Assembly: GCA_030647355.1 (NCBI GenBank)
Contig: JAUSIS010000013.1
Span: 177,165 to 241,164 of the forward strand
DNA from: a bacterium
GTDB taxonomy: Bacteria; Patescibacteriota; UBA1384; VFKW01
Direction of reading: 5' to 3'
DNA: 64,000 bases
Position 1 is the first letter of the stretch. Every line of letters begins with the position of its first letter. Shown in pieces: positions 9,997 through 20,164 of the stretch. Both the position numbers and the translations under genes were made by a program. The notes under the pieces were generated by a model, which made no database searches, was not told the origin of the DNA, and worked only from the letters and a program-made list of their open reading frames with translations.

Positions 9997-11724
9997 GTGA
10001 TTTACACCCTAACGAACAAGAATCCTGGTTTCCCCATCAGTGCCGCAATTATTGCTCAGATTGATGAGGAAAAAAGAGTCCGCCACACCCGCGAGATGAT
10101 TCTACTTTTCGGACTCGGCTCCCAGTTTGATCATCTTATCAAGCAGGAAATAGAAAAGCTGGGCGTCTTCTGTATGGTTGCCGACCCGGCCACTATCTCC
10201 TCTGATGATGTCAAGCAGGTAGCTCCCATCGGAATCATTTTGTCCGGCGGTCCCTCATCTGTTGTTGATGAACCGCCACCACTCGACAAGACCATTCTTG
10301 GACTGGGCATTCCTACCTTAGGCATCTGCCTGGGGCTGCAAGGAATTGCCCAGTATGTCGGCGCCGAAGTCACCTCCGCCTCGCAATCCCCCAGCGGTTA
10401 TCGCGAATTCGGCACCCACATCGCCACTATCACCGAAGACAGCTCATCGGTTAACGCCTTATTCCGTGGTTTGCCGCGGATGATGGATGTACTGGAGAGC
10501 CACGGCGACTGTGTTCAGCCGTCGCCTAAACTGACTATCTTGGCCACAACCGAGAATGCGCCGGTTGCCGCCGCTCGGGGCGCCGCTAAGGAGCATCAGC
10601 ACCTTTACGGTGTCCAGTTCCATCCCGAGGTGGAAGAGACCCAGTTCGGCAGCCGAATTCTGGCGAATTTCTGCTTTGGAGTTTGTGGCGCCAAGGAGAG
10701 TTTCCGGGCTCAGGATGAAGCGGAAATAAAAACCGAGTGGCTACGCCAAGAAATTGGCGATAAGCTTGTCGTTATTGGCCTGTCTGCCGGTTCTGATTCC
10801 TCAACCTGCGCCCATCTTGTCAAGAAAGCCTTGAATGACCAACCCGGACGCGTTCTCGGCGTCTACATTAAAGCTACCGATAGACCCGAAGATGAGGAAT
10901 TCGTCCGCCGGCACTTTGGCAATCAGGACTGGATTGAACTGAAGGTGGTGGATGCTACCTCTCAATTCCTGAAAGCTCTCCGTAACCAGCCGTGGTGGTG
11001 GCCATCTAAGTGGTGTCCGCTCCAGCGCCGCATTACCATGAAGCAGAAGCGCCGAGCGATGAAGCGCGTCTACCATCAAGTCCTTGAGGATGAGATCACT
11101 ATCTTCGCTGCCGCCAAGAACCGCCCACGTGACGAGGTTGTCATTATACAGGGAACCCTGTACACCGACCTTTGCGAAAGCGGCCATGGCTATAACACCG
11201 GTGCCCGTCGAGCCACCATCAAAGAGCACCACAATGTCGGCATTCCCTTCTCTGTTAAGGAGCTCTGTCCTCTGGATGACTGCGTCAAGGACAACGGCCG
11301 TAACATTGGTCGCGCCATCGGCGTGCCAGAGGAACTTTTAACGCGTCATCCCTTCCCCGGACCGGGATTAATAGTCCGGATTGAAGGCGAAGTGACCGCC
11401 GATAAGCTCCGTATTGCCCGCGCCGCCGATAAGATCTGGATAGACGAACTGCGCGATAAGGGCTTTTACCACAAGGTCTGGCAAGCCGGCGTCTTTGTAA
11501 CCCAGTCAGGTACAACCTGCACTAAGGGTGATGACGCCACTTCCGGTCTTGTTATTATCTTTTGGGCGGTGAATAGTACCAACGGCTTTACTGCCCGCGC
11601 TGCTGACCTTCCAATGTCTTTCCTTAGAAGGGTTAGTCAGCGCATGACTAACGAAATCCGTGAGGTGGGAGCGGCCGCATATCGAACTTCCGACAAACCG
11701 CCAACCACCATTGAATTCGGTTAA
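9997..11724 (+). CDS. guaA: GMP synthase (glutamine-hydrolysing), divergent
   Basis: 575 aa, GTG start with GGAGG SD. GATase-1 (GICLGLQ, FHPEV). PP-loop ATP pyrophosphatase with atypical LSAGSDSS. C-terminus DKPPTTIEFG matches the GuaA terminal KPPATIEWE motif. Higher GC than surroundings. Confidence 0.8.
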   Translation: MIYTLTNKNPGFPISAAIIAQIDEEKRVRHTREMILLFGLGSQFDHLIKQEIEKLGVFCMVADPATISSDDVKQVAPIGIILSGGPSSVVDEPPPLDKTILGLGIPTLGICLGLQGIAQYVGAEVTSASQSPSGYREFGTHIATITEDSSSVNALFRGLPRMMDVLESHGDCVQPSPKLTILATTENAPVAAARGAAKEHQHLYGVQFHPEVEETQFGSRILANFCFGVCGAKESFRAQDEAEIKTEWLRQEIGDKLVVIGLSAGSDSSTCAHLVKKALNDQPGRVLGVYIKATDRPEDEEFVRRHFGNQDWIELKVVDATSQFLKALRNQPWWWPSKWCPLQRRITMKQKRRAMKRVYHQVLEDEITIFAAAKNRPRDEVVIIQGTLYTDLCESGHGYNTGARRATIKEHHNVGIPFSVKELCPLDDCVKDNGRNIGRAIGVPEELLTRHPFPGPGLIVRIEGEVTADKLRIARAADKIWIDELRDKGFYHKVWQAGVFVTQSGTTCTKGDDATSGLVIIFWAVNSTNGFTARAADLPMSFLRRVSQRMTNEIREVGAAAYRTSDKPPTTIEFG

Positions 11725-11750
11725 CGACTACTAGACCTTTACCAACCAAC

Positions 11751-11775
11751 GGGGTGCATACGCACCCCTCTTTTT
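11751..11775. terminator. Bidirectional hairpin terminator between guaA and pyrB
   Basis: ggggtgcatacgcacccc followed by tcttttt. Confidence 0.6.
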
Positions 11776-11785
11776 ATTACTCGCT

Positions 11786-12706
11786 TTATCTTACCAACAT
11801 CTCCAATATCGCCATCCTCAAATAAAGCCCGTTTTTTGCCTGGCGAAAATACGCCGCTCTCTTGTCATGATCCACTTCGGGAGCAATTTCCGTTATACGC
11901 GGTAATGGATGCATAATAATCGCCTGTTTATTCAGCTTACGCAAGAGCGCTTTGTCTACCTGATAAACATCTTTCACCTGATTGTAGTCATTTTCCGAGG
12001 CAAACCGCTCTTTCTGTACTCGCGTCATATACAAAACATCAATCTTGCCTAAGATTTCTCCAAAATCCTGCAGTTCCCTGAACTTCACCCCTCTTGCCTG
12101 CATTTCTGCCCTTATCTTCTGGGGAACGGCCAGCCTCGGTGGAGAAATTAAAAAAAATTGACAACTTTTGTAAAGCATCGCCAAATTAAGTAGAGAATGG
12201 ACCGTCCTCCCGTATAGTAAATCGCCTACTAAAGCAATTCTGAGCCCCTCGATTTTCCCCAATTCCTTGCGCATAGTATAAAAATCCAGCAATGCTTGCG
12301 TCGGATGCTCACCCGCACCGTCTCCGGCATTGATAATTGGGACCTCGGAAACCCTTGCCGCCCTCCTGGCTGCTCCTTGAATGTAATGGCGCATAACAAT
12401 CGCATCGGCATACCCGTTAACAACCCTGATAGTATCCTCCAATGTCTCGCCTTTAGATGAAGAACCAAATTGGCCGGCATTCTCACTCGAGATTACCTTG
12501 GCGCCCAATTTTAATGCTGCCGTCTCAAAGGAGAACCGAGTACGGGTACTAGGTTCAAAAAAAAGACAGGCGATGACCTTGTCTTGTAACGGTTTGGGCA
12601 ATGTGCCGGCTTGATCCCATCTTTCCCATTCATCCGTTCTCTGGAATATTTCTTCCAACATCCGGCTATCCTTAAATTGGCCGGAACTCACTAGATGTTT
12701 AATCAT
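11786..12706 (-). CDS. pyrB: Aspartate carbamoyltransferase catalytic subunit
   Basis: 306 aa with STRTR carbamoyl-phosphate motif and HPTQ (ATCase rather than OTCase HPCQ). Confidence 0.9.
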   Translation of the reverse strand: MIKHLVSSGQFKDSRMLEEIFQRTDEWERWDQAGTLPKPLQDKVIACLFFEPSTRTRFSFETAALKLGAKVISSENAGQFGSSSKGETLEDTIRVVNGYADAIVMRHYIQGAARRAARVSEVPIINAGDGAGEHPTQALLDFYTMRKELGKIEGLRIALVGDLLYGRTVHSLLNLAMLYKSCQFFLISPPRLAVPQKIRAEMQARGVKFRELQDFGEILGKIDVLYMTRVQKERFASENDYNQVKDVYQVDKALLRKLNKQAIIMHPLPRITEIAPEVDHDKRAAYFRQAKNGLYLRMAILEMLVR

Positions 12707-12807
12707 ACTCCTCCTTAATGAAGATTATACATCGAGCCGTTTGCTTGTAAAGTACATGAAAAAAACCCGCCGGAAACCCGGCGGGCATGATAGTACATTG
12801 CTTAGGA

Positions 12808-13839
12808 TCAACTCCGACTGGGGATCTTCATATCCTCGGCCTGGTACTTCCTCAGTACCTTCCCGGTGATCATCGCTACGATTATGTCATACCGATCTTT
12901 CGTGTCGTAGATGACCTCATTCGGTACCTGCAGAGACTCCGCCACATAGGCCAGATGCTCCTCGTTTTCCGTGTCCAGGTTCTGCAGACCGACCCCCCAG
13001 GGCGTTCCGACCTCCCGTCCCCAGATTCTGACCGGCTCCTTGTCATAGAAGATCGGGTCGCGGCCCTCCTGAATTGCTGCCGCCAAACCCTCGTAAGTAG
13101 TGAACCGCGATGAATCCGGAGTGAGAACCTCATCTGCCACCTTGCCGTCGAAAGTGTTCTCAAACTTGGTGTCAAGAATGAGAATCCCGCGCTTAGCGGC
13201 ATACTCATAAGCTCTCTGGTAGATAGCCAGATCCATACTTGCCAAACGGCCGCCCTCAAACCCGGTGAGTTCAGCATACCGCTGAATCGTCACCGGCAAG
13301 TCATGGCCCTCTTCAGCTTTCGTCGTCGGCGTAAAGATCGGCCGGGGAAGCTTCTGCCACTTGGAAAGACCAGAAGGAAGGATATTGCCACAGGCAGTCC
13401 CGTCCTTCAGATAATCCTTCCAAACGGATCCGCCGATGTGCGCTCGGAAGATCATCTCGTACTTCCAGATCTTACATCTCTTCACCAGCAGGATGCGTTC
13501 CAACGGCAGCTCAGCGACATCCTTCATGTTCCAGCCGGCCGCTTTCCATCGCCCAACATTCCACCCCCAGGCAAGCAGGTGGTTCGGAATATCTTGGAAC
13601 ACCTGCGTCAGCCAGAAGTGAGTCAGCGCGATCAGCACTTCGCCCTTGCCCTGCACCAAACATGGCAGAACGAAATCGAAGATCGAAAGCCGGTCGGACC
13701 GCATCATCAGGAGCTGATCCGGCTTCCCGGGAATCTCGTACAGCTCTCCGACCTTACCGCGATACAGCAGGATGTAGCCAAGCTTAATCAGCTTGCGGCT
13801 AAACGAGCTCTCGGCTACCTTTTCCGGAATTCTGGACAT
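12808..13839 (-). CDS. purC: Phosphoribosylaminoimidazole-succinocarboxamide (SAICAR) synthase, long form
   Basis: LLYRGKVGELYEIPG...DRLSIFDFV...KGEVL...FW pattern of SAICAR synthetase. Start placed at MSRIPEK (13839) with an aaaggaaaag RBS; the ORF-track start at 13902 is an in-frame upstream Met. Confidence 0.85.
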   Translation of the reverse strand: MSRIPEKVAESSFSRKLIKLGYILLYRGKVGELYEIPGKPDQLLMMRSDRLSIFDFVLPCLVQGKGEVLIALTHFWLTQVFQDIPNHLLAWGWNVGRWKAAGWNMKDVAELPLERILLVKRCKIWKYEMIFRAHIGGSVWKDYLKDGTACGNILPSGLSKWQKLPRPIFTPTTKAEEGHDLPVTIQRYAELTGFEGGRLASMDLAIYQRAYEYAAKRGILILDTKFENTFDGKVADEVLTPDSSRFTTYEGLAAAIQEGRDPIFYDKEPVRIWGREVGTPWGVGLQNLDTENEEHLAYVAESLQVPNEVIYDTKDRYDIIVAMITGKVLRKYQAEDMKIPSRS

Positions 13840-14098
13840 CAGTCTTTTCCTTTCATTTCTATCGTTCAGATTTACCGCAAAACAACAAAGAGTCGCCATC
13901 AACTCCTTGTCATATCATTCACCAGCAGATTATCACATATCTTAAAATCTGACAATCCAATTATTATTAATATCTTCTTCACAATTAAAAGAATCCGATG
14001 AACTCTTTTTAGTATCAAATAATCAACCTCACTAATCTCTAGAAAACTTATCCAGCCCAAATTCACCTTAATTAAGGCAACAATTTTATTCTAATCCT

Positions 14099-14380
14099 TT
14101 ATCTATCAGGCAGCACCGCCTTTAGACCCAATTTAGTTTCAATATTTTTCACCCGCTCTTCCAAAATATAATAATCAGCTTTATGCACCATTTCCGTCAT
14201 TTTGAAATCATGCGCCACTTGGGACCTCTTAAGTAATTCAAATTGCCCATCGTGCTCTTCAAGCTTTTTATGGACACGTCCAAACTCCTTTGCCGTCATC
14301 ACTGCCAAATTACCGACCTCCCTTTCAACAACCTCTCCAACTACGCCCTTGATTTGTCTTAGATCATCCTTAGTCAACAT
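14099..14380 (-). CDS. Hypothetical small protein
   Basis: 93 aa charged, predicted helical. No recognisable family. Confidence 0.35.
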   Translation of the reverse strand: MLTKDDLRQIKGVVGEVVEREVGNLAVMTAKEFGRVHKKLEEHDGQFELLKRSQVAHDFKMTEMVHKADYYILEERVKNIETKLGLKAVLPDR

Positions 14381-14490
14381 TTTGCCTCCGTGTAGTTATT
14401 ATTAATCTCCAACTATCCGCTGTCAATACACATAAGCAGCCGACAATTGAGCTTGGACTCTAAAATTTTTTACTTTTTCATTTCCACTTT

Positions 14491-15624
14491 TTACTTTTGG
14501 AGATTTACCGCTTCCTCATAAACCCGCAAAGTCTCGCTCGCCATCTTTCGCCAAGAATATTTCTTCACTTGCTCTTTACCCAACTGAACCAATTCATCGC
14601 GCCTATTTTTATTATTAATTAACTTATCTAAAACCCGGGCTATGTTATGCGGATCCCTCGGGTCAAAATACTCCGCCGCATCCTGCAAAACCTCCGGCAT
14701 GCAGGAAGTATTCGATGTCGCTACCGGCACCCCCGCCGCCATCGCCTCTAAATGAGTCAAACAAAAACCTTCATACAAAGAAGCCAAAACATAAATCATT
14801 GCCCCGTCATAGATCGCCGGCAAATCTTCCTCCGGAATAAACCCCGTCATCACCACCCCGCCAACCTTTTTCCTGACCTCCTCGGCTTTGGCAATTATTT
14901 CCGGAAAATCAACATTCTGCTTACCACCGATAACTAAATTAATCTCATCTTCATATTGCTCTTTCAAAATCTCATAAGCCTCCAAAAGTGGAATAATGCC
15001 CTTATGCGGCCGCCATTGGCTGATAAACAACAAATATGGTTCTTGTATTTTATACTGACCCAAAATTTCTTTCCTTATTTTTTCATTTGTCTTTCCGTCA
15101 TACTCACTATCAACCGCTTCGTAAGTTACCACTACGTCGTCTGGCTTTGCCCCCAACATCCTCACCACATCCTCTTTTGAAGCCACCGACGGCACGATCA
15201 CTTTCCTTGCCGATCTTGCCGCATGTTTCATAATGTAATCATAAGCCAATTTCCTGATTGGATTTTTTTGCTTCCTGCCCACCGGATACAGACTCATGAT
15301 CAGATCATGTATAGTCACCACAAAAGGCGTCTTGGAAAAAATCGGATGATTAAAATTCGTATAATGAATCAAGTCTAGCTTTTCTCTTTCGATAATTTTC
15401 CCGAATTTCCTCTGCTCATCCAAAGAATAATGGATTATATCCGCCTTCACCGCCTTAAAATTCTCTGCCGGCTGCACCCATTCCTTCATGTCATCACCAG
15501 TTAAGAAAACTACATATTCATTTTTTTTGTCAATCACCGCCAGCTCGTTTATCAATCCGCGCGTATACCGCCCGATTCCCCCCGTTTCCTTTCTGTACAT
15601 TCTGGCATCAATCCCTATTCTCAT
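14491..15624 (-). CDS. Glycosyltransferase family 4 (GT-B, group 1)
   Basis: 377 aa. MRIGIDARMYRKETGGIGRYTRGL N-terminus. C-terminal sugar-nucleotide-binding E..E region typical of GT4. Confidence 0.85.
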   Translation of the reverse strand: MRIGIDARMYRKETGGIGRYTRGLINELAVIDKKNEYVVFLTGDDMKEWVQPAENFKAVKADIIHYSLDEQRKFGKIIEREKLDLIHYTNFNHPIFSKTPFVVTIHDLIMSLYPVGRKQKNPIRKLAYDYIMKHAARSARKVIVPSVASKEDVVRMLGAKPDDVVVTYEAVDSEYDGKTNEKIRKEILGQYKIQEPYLLFISQWRPHKGIIPLLEAYEILKEQYEDEINLVIGGKQNVDFPEIIAKAEEVRKKVGGVVMTGFIPEEDLPAIYDGAMIYVLASLYEGFCLTHLEAMAAGVPVATSNTSCMPEVLQDAAEYFDPRDPHNIARVLDKLINNKNRRDELVQLGKEQVKKYSWRKMASETLRVYEEAVNLQK

Positions 15625-15700
15625 ATCTCTCCTCCTTGTCTTTAGATTATTGGATTGGTTCGCACTTACAGGTACAACCCTTGCCTATGAAGTGAGTCAA

Positions 15701-15744
15701 AGCGTAGTGCCGTCCGAGTTGCTTGCAACCAGGACAAAACGCTC
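15701..15744 (-). promoter_or_regulatory. Conserved 5'-UTR hairpin motif (copy 1), about 77 nt upstream of the GT4 start
   Basis: agcgtagtgccgtccgagttgcttgcaaccaggacaaaacgctc. Near-identical to 55676-55722 upstream of rfbD. Outer AGCGU/ACGCU stem enclosing a GTTGC...GCAAC hairpin. Confidence 0.4.
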
Positions 15745-15782
15745 ACTGAATAGGTATATATCTGACTAGCACTCAAACTTTA

Positions 15783-15811
15783 TTAGCAAATCCGACAAAT
15801 TAGACTATAAT
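15783..15811 (+). promoter_or_regulatory. Sigma70-like promoter for the gtrB-like operon
   Basis: TTAGCA-N17-TATAAT about 45 nt upstream of the 15855 ATG. Confidence 0.4.
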
Positions 15812-15854
15812 CTAGCTGCCTTCATTCTAACACTAAATCAACCATCGAGGAATT

Positions 15855-16811
15855 ATGCCAAAAACAAGCCCTACTTTAGCCATCATCGTTCCATGCTTTA
15901 ACGAGCAGGCGATTTTAGATGACTCAATAACTAAACTGCTCCAAGAGTTAAAAAACCTCATTTCTCAAAAAAAAATAAATTCACACAGCTTTCTTTACCT
16001 TGTAAACGATGGCAGCCAGGACAAAACGCAAAAGATTATTGAAAAAACCCATGCTAAATACCCGTCCAAAGTAAGAGGATTAACTTTCTCTCGTAATTTT
16101 AGCCACCAAAATGCCATTCTAGCCGGTCTTTCCAAGTGTAGCCATAAAGCCGATATTTTTCTCACTATAGATGCCGACCTGCAAGATGATATTACTGTTA
16201 TCGGCAAATTCATTGACGCCTATCTGGAAAAAAATGAAATCGTCTATGGTGTCAGAAAAGACAGAAAAACCGACTCTTATTTTAAAAAAACCACCGCCCA
16301 AACATTTTACAAATTGATGCATCTGATGGGAGTGGAAATAATCTACAACCACGCCGACTATCGTCTAATAAGCCAAAGAGCCCTAGATGAATTGGAAAAA
16401 TTTCAGGAAGTTAATCTATTTCTTCGGGGTATATTCCCACTTCTCGGCTTCAAAAATAAGATCATCCATTACAACCGGCAAAACCGACAAAATGGCAAAT
16501 CAAAATACTCTCTATCGAAGATGCTCTCCCTTACTCTGGACGGAATAACTTCATTTAGTATCAAACCGCTCCGCTTAGTTACTTGGGTGGGATTTTTAAT
16601 TTTTCTTTTTTCACTCATCATGAGCATCTGGGTGATTATTGATAAACTATTCATTGGCCACACCGTGAGCGGCTGGGCATCTACTGTCCTGCCGATCTAT
16701 TTCATCGGCGGCATCCAAATTCTATCCATTGGTATAATCGGCGAATATCTGGGTAAAATATACCGGGAAGTCAAGCACCGCCCGCCATTTATTATCGAAA
16801 AAGAGTTATGA
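15855..16811 (+). CDS. GT2 polyprenyl-phosphate sugar transferase (GtrB/ArnC-like)
   Basis: 318 aa. GT-A fold (IIVPCFNE, NDGSQD, DADLQDD) plus two C-terminal TM helices. Overlaps the downstream GtrA gene. Confidence 0.85.
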   Translation: MPKTSPTLAIIVPCFNEQAILDDSITKLLQELKNLISQKKINSHSFLYLVNDGSQDKTQKIIEKTHAKYPSKVRGLTFSRNFSHQNAILAGLSKCSHKADIFLTIDADLQDDITVIGKFIDAYLEKNEIVYGVRKDRKTDSYFKKTTAQTFYKLMHLMGVEIIYNHADYRLISQRALDELEKFQEVNLFLRGIFPLLGFKNKIIHYNRQNRQNGKSKYSLSKMLSLTLDGITSFSIKPLRLVTWVGFLIFLFSLIMSIWVIIDKLFIGHTVSGWASTVLPIYFIGGIQILSIGIIGEYLGKIYREVKHRPPFIIEKEL

Positions 16812-17218
16812 ACCATCAGAAGCTTAACAGTTCATTTACTCGATTCATTATTGTTGGTGTAATCAACAACGCCATAGACTTTGGCCTACTTAATTTACTC
16901 CATCTTGCATTTCAGTTAAATCTCTACTGGGCAATCAATATTAGCTTTTCCGCATCAACCATCAATAGCTATTTTCTCAATCGCCACTGGACATATCAAT
17001 ACAAATCAAACCAAAAAGACCACCTTAAAAAAATCAGCCAATTCTTCTTTGTTAGTATAGTTGGGTTACTCATGAACAACGGCATAATCTACTTCGTCAC
17101 TAACCAAACTAACCTAAACTACAATTATGGAAAAATTATCGCCACAGTACTTGTAGTTCTGTGGAATTATTCAATCAACAAATCCTGGACTTTCAAAAGT
17201 CCCCGCCAATCTATATAA
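16808..17218 (+). CDS. GtrA-family membrane protein (polyprenyl-P-sugar translocation)
   Basis: 136 aa, 4 TM. FTRFIIVGVINNAIDFGLLNLL is the GtrA signature. Translationally coupled (ATGA) to the GtrB-like gene. Confidence 0.8.
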   Translation: MNHQKLNSSFTRFIIVGVINNAIDFGLLNLLHLAFQLNLYWAINISFSASTINSYFLNRHWTYQYKSNQKDHLKKISQFFFVSIVGLLMNNGIIYFVTNQTNLNYNYGKIIATVLVVLWNYSINKSWTFKSPRQSI

Positions 17219-17237
17219 TCACTGGGTAGGAGTTTTC

Positions 17238-18560
<1,323 letters not shown>

Positions 18561-18664
18561 ACCTCCGTTGTTTTTTAGTAAAATCGCTGCGACTTTACTG
18601 AGCGGTTGACTTTCTCAAGATCGTCAAGTAAAATCCAAATAGAACATAAAAAATAAAATATATG

Positions 18665-18800
18665 TCTTATCAAGAGTGACGCTAGGGAATTGGCCCAGTG
18701 ATCGTCCAGCAACCTTAAATCTAGTAGCTTATATGCTTACTGCTTACCAGCTTACTAACTTATTCGGTGCTAAATCCAAGCCCCAGAGGCAAGATAATAC
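18665..18800 (+). promoter_or_regulatory. SAM-I (S-box) riboswitch in the metK leader
   Basis: tcttatcaagag / gctagggaattggcccagtgatcgtccagcaacc / ggtgctaaatcc / gataa match the SAM-I consensus P1-P2-P3 and P1 closing. The P3 loop carries a copy of the cttactgcttaccagcttac dispersed repeat. Confidence 0.75.
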
Positions 18801-18804
18801 ACTC

Positions 18805-18827
18805 AGCGCCTCACGGCGCCTTTTTAA
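18805..18827 (+). terminator. Riboswitch expression-platform terminator
   Basis: gcgcctcacggcgcc hairpin then ttttt, 30 nt before the metK ATG. Confidence 0.6.
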
Positions 18828-18856
18828 AAATAACAAATTAAGTAAAGGAGCAAAAA

Positions 18857-20023
18857 ATGGAAAGAACACTTTTTACGTCTGAATCGGTTACAGAGGGACA
18901 CCCCGACAAAATGGCTGACCAAATTTCCGATGCGTTGCTTGATGCCCTTCTGGAAAAAGATGAAAAATCCAGGGTGGCAATCGAAACGCTTCTTACTAAT
19001 GGAGTCTGTATCATTGCCGGAGAAGTCACTACCAACGCCTATGTAGATATGGCAAAAATCGCCCGCAAAGTAATCAAGGAAATTGGTTACAATGGCTGCG
19101 GCTTCCATCATGAAACAAGCGGAGTCATGACAGCCATTAAAGAGCAATCTTCCGATATTGCCCAAGGTGTTGACAGCTATGTCAAAACTGAAAGCGGTAA
19201 GATCGTCAGAGAAGATCTCGAGCATCTGGGCGCCGGCGATCAAGGATTAATGTTCGGATACGCCTGCAATGAAACGCCCGAGCTGATGCCCCTGCCAATA
19301 ATTCTCGCTCAACGGCTATGTCAAAAATTAGCATCCGTACGTAAAAAAGGGACTATTACCGGCTTAAGACCAGACGGTAAATCGCAAGTTACCATCGAGT
19401 ACGTTGACGACAAACCAAGCAGAATCCACACTGTACTCATTGCCGCCCAGCACGACCCATATAAAGACATCAAAAAACTCCGCAAAGAAATAACCGATAA
19501 AGTCATTAATCCCGTGCTAAAATCTTATGGACATCGGATAGATTCAAAAACCAAGATTTATATCAACACAACCGGCAAATTTGTCATTGGCGGACCGGAA
19601 GGCGACACCGGCTTGACCGGCCGTAAAATCATCGTTGACACTTACGGCGGCTATGCTCGGCATGGCGGAGGCGCTTTCTCGGGCAAGGATCCGTCCAAAG
19701 TTGACCGCTCCGGCGCCTATGCCGCCAGATGGGTAGCCAAAAGCATCGTCGCTTCGGGATTAGCCGAAAAATGCGAGGTTCAATTGGCTTATGCTATAGG
19801 TAAACCGGAACCGCTTTCTATCTATGTTAATACTTTCCAAACTAGTAAAAAGACTGACGAAGAAATAATTAAAAAAATCTCTGACAACTTCGACTTAAGG
19901 CCTGGCATGATTATCAAAAACTTAGGACTAAGACGCCCGTTATACCGCCAGTGTGCCGCTTATGGCCACTTTGGTCGTCCGGAACTAAACCTCCCATGGG
20001 AAAAAGCTAAAAAAATTAGATAG
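18857..20023 (+). CDS. metK: S-adenosylmethionine synthetase
   Basis: 388 aa. [13 protein letters not shown] and [16 protein letters not shown] motifs. RBS aaaggag. Confidence 0.95.
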   Translation: MERTLFTSESVTEGHPDKMADQISDALLDALLEKDEKSRVAIETLLTNGVCIIAGEVTTNAYVDMAKIARKVIKEIGYNGCGFHHETSGVMTAIKEQSSDIAQGVDSYVKTESGKIVREDLEHLGAGDQGLMFGYACNETPELMPLPIILAQRLCQKLASVRKKGTITGLRPDGKSQVTIEYVDDKPSRIHTVLIAAQHDPYKDIKKLRKEITDKVINPVLKSYGHRIDSKTKIYINTTGKFVIGGPEGDTGLTGRKIIVDTYGGYARHGGGAFSGKDPSKVDRSGAYAARWVAKSIVASGLAEKCEVQLAYAIGKPEPLSIYVNTFQTSKKTDEEIIKKISDNFDLRPGMIIKNLGLRRPLYRQCAAYGHFGRPELNLPWEKAKKIR

Positions 20024-20150
20024 CTTAATTCTTACCGCTTATTGCTTACCAACTTACTCCCAGTCATTGCGAGGCCTCAGCCGTGGCAAACCCCCCATAT
20101 CCTTCGAGCCCGGTCGAGAAGCTCTTCTTAATTCTTACTGCTTATTTCAC
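20024..20150. repeat. Composite dispersed repeat (family A ends plus family B core)
   Basis: cttaattcttaccgcttattgcttacc at each end of a cagtcattgcgaggcctcagccgtggcaaa...gagcccggtcgagaagctcttc core. About 95% identical to the copy at 22040-22160. Confidence 0.6.
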
Positions 20151-20164
20151 TTGGAGAAAATACT

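Noticed and set aside
12787-14001. Plus-strand ORFs 12787..13113 and 13303..14001 and minus-strand 12882..13277
   Set aside because: They lie antisense to or inside the well-supported purC gene and have low-complexity Arg/Pro-rich translations typical of wrong-frame reads.
18676-19243. ORFs 18824..19243 (-) and 18676..18882 (+) around the metK start
   Set aside because: They overlap the SAM riboswitch and metK. metK is unambiguous.
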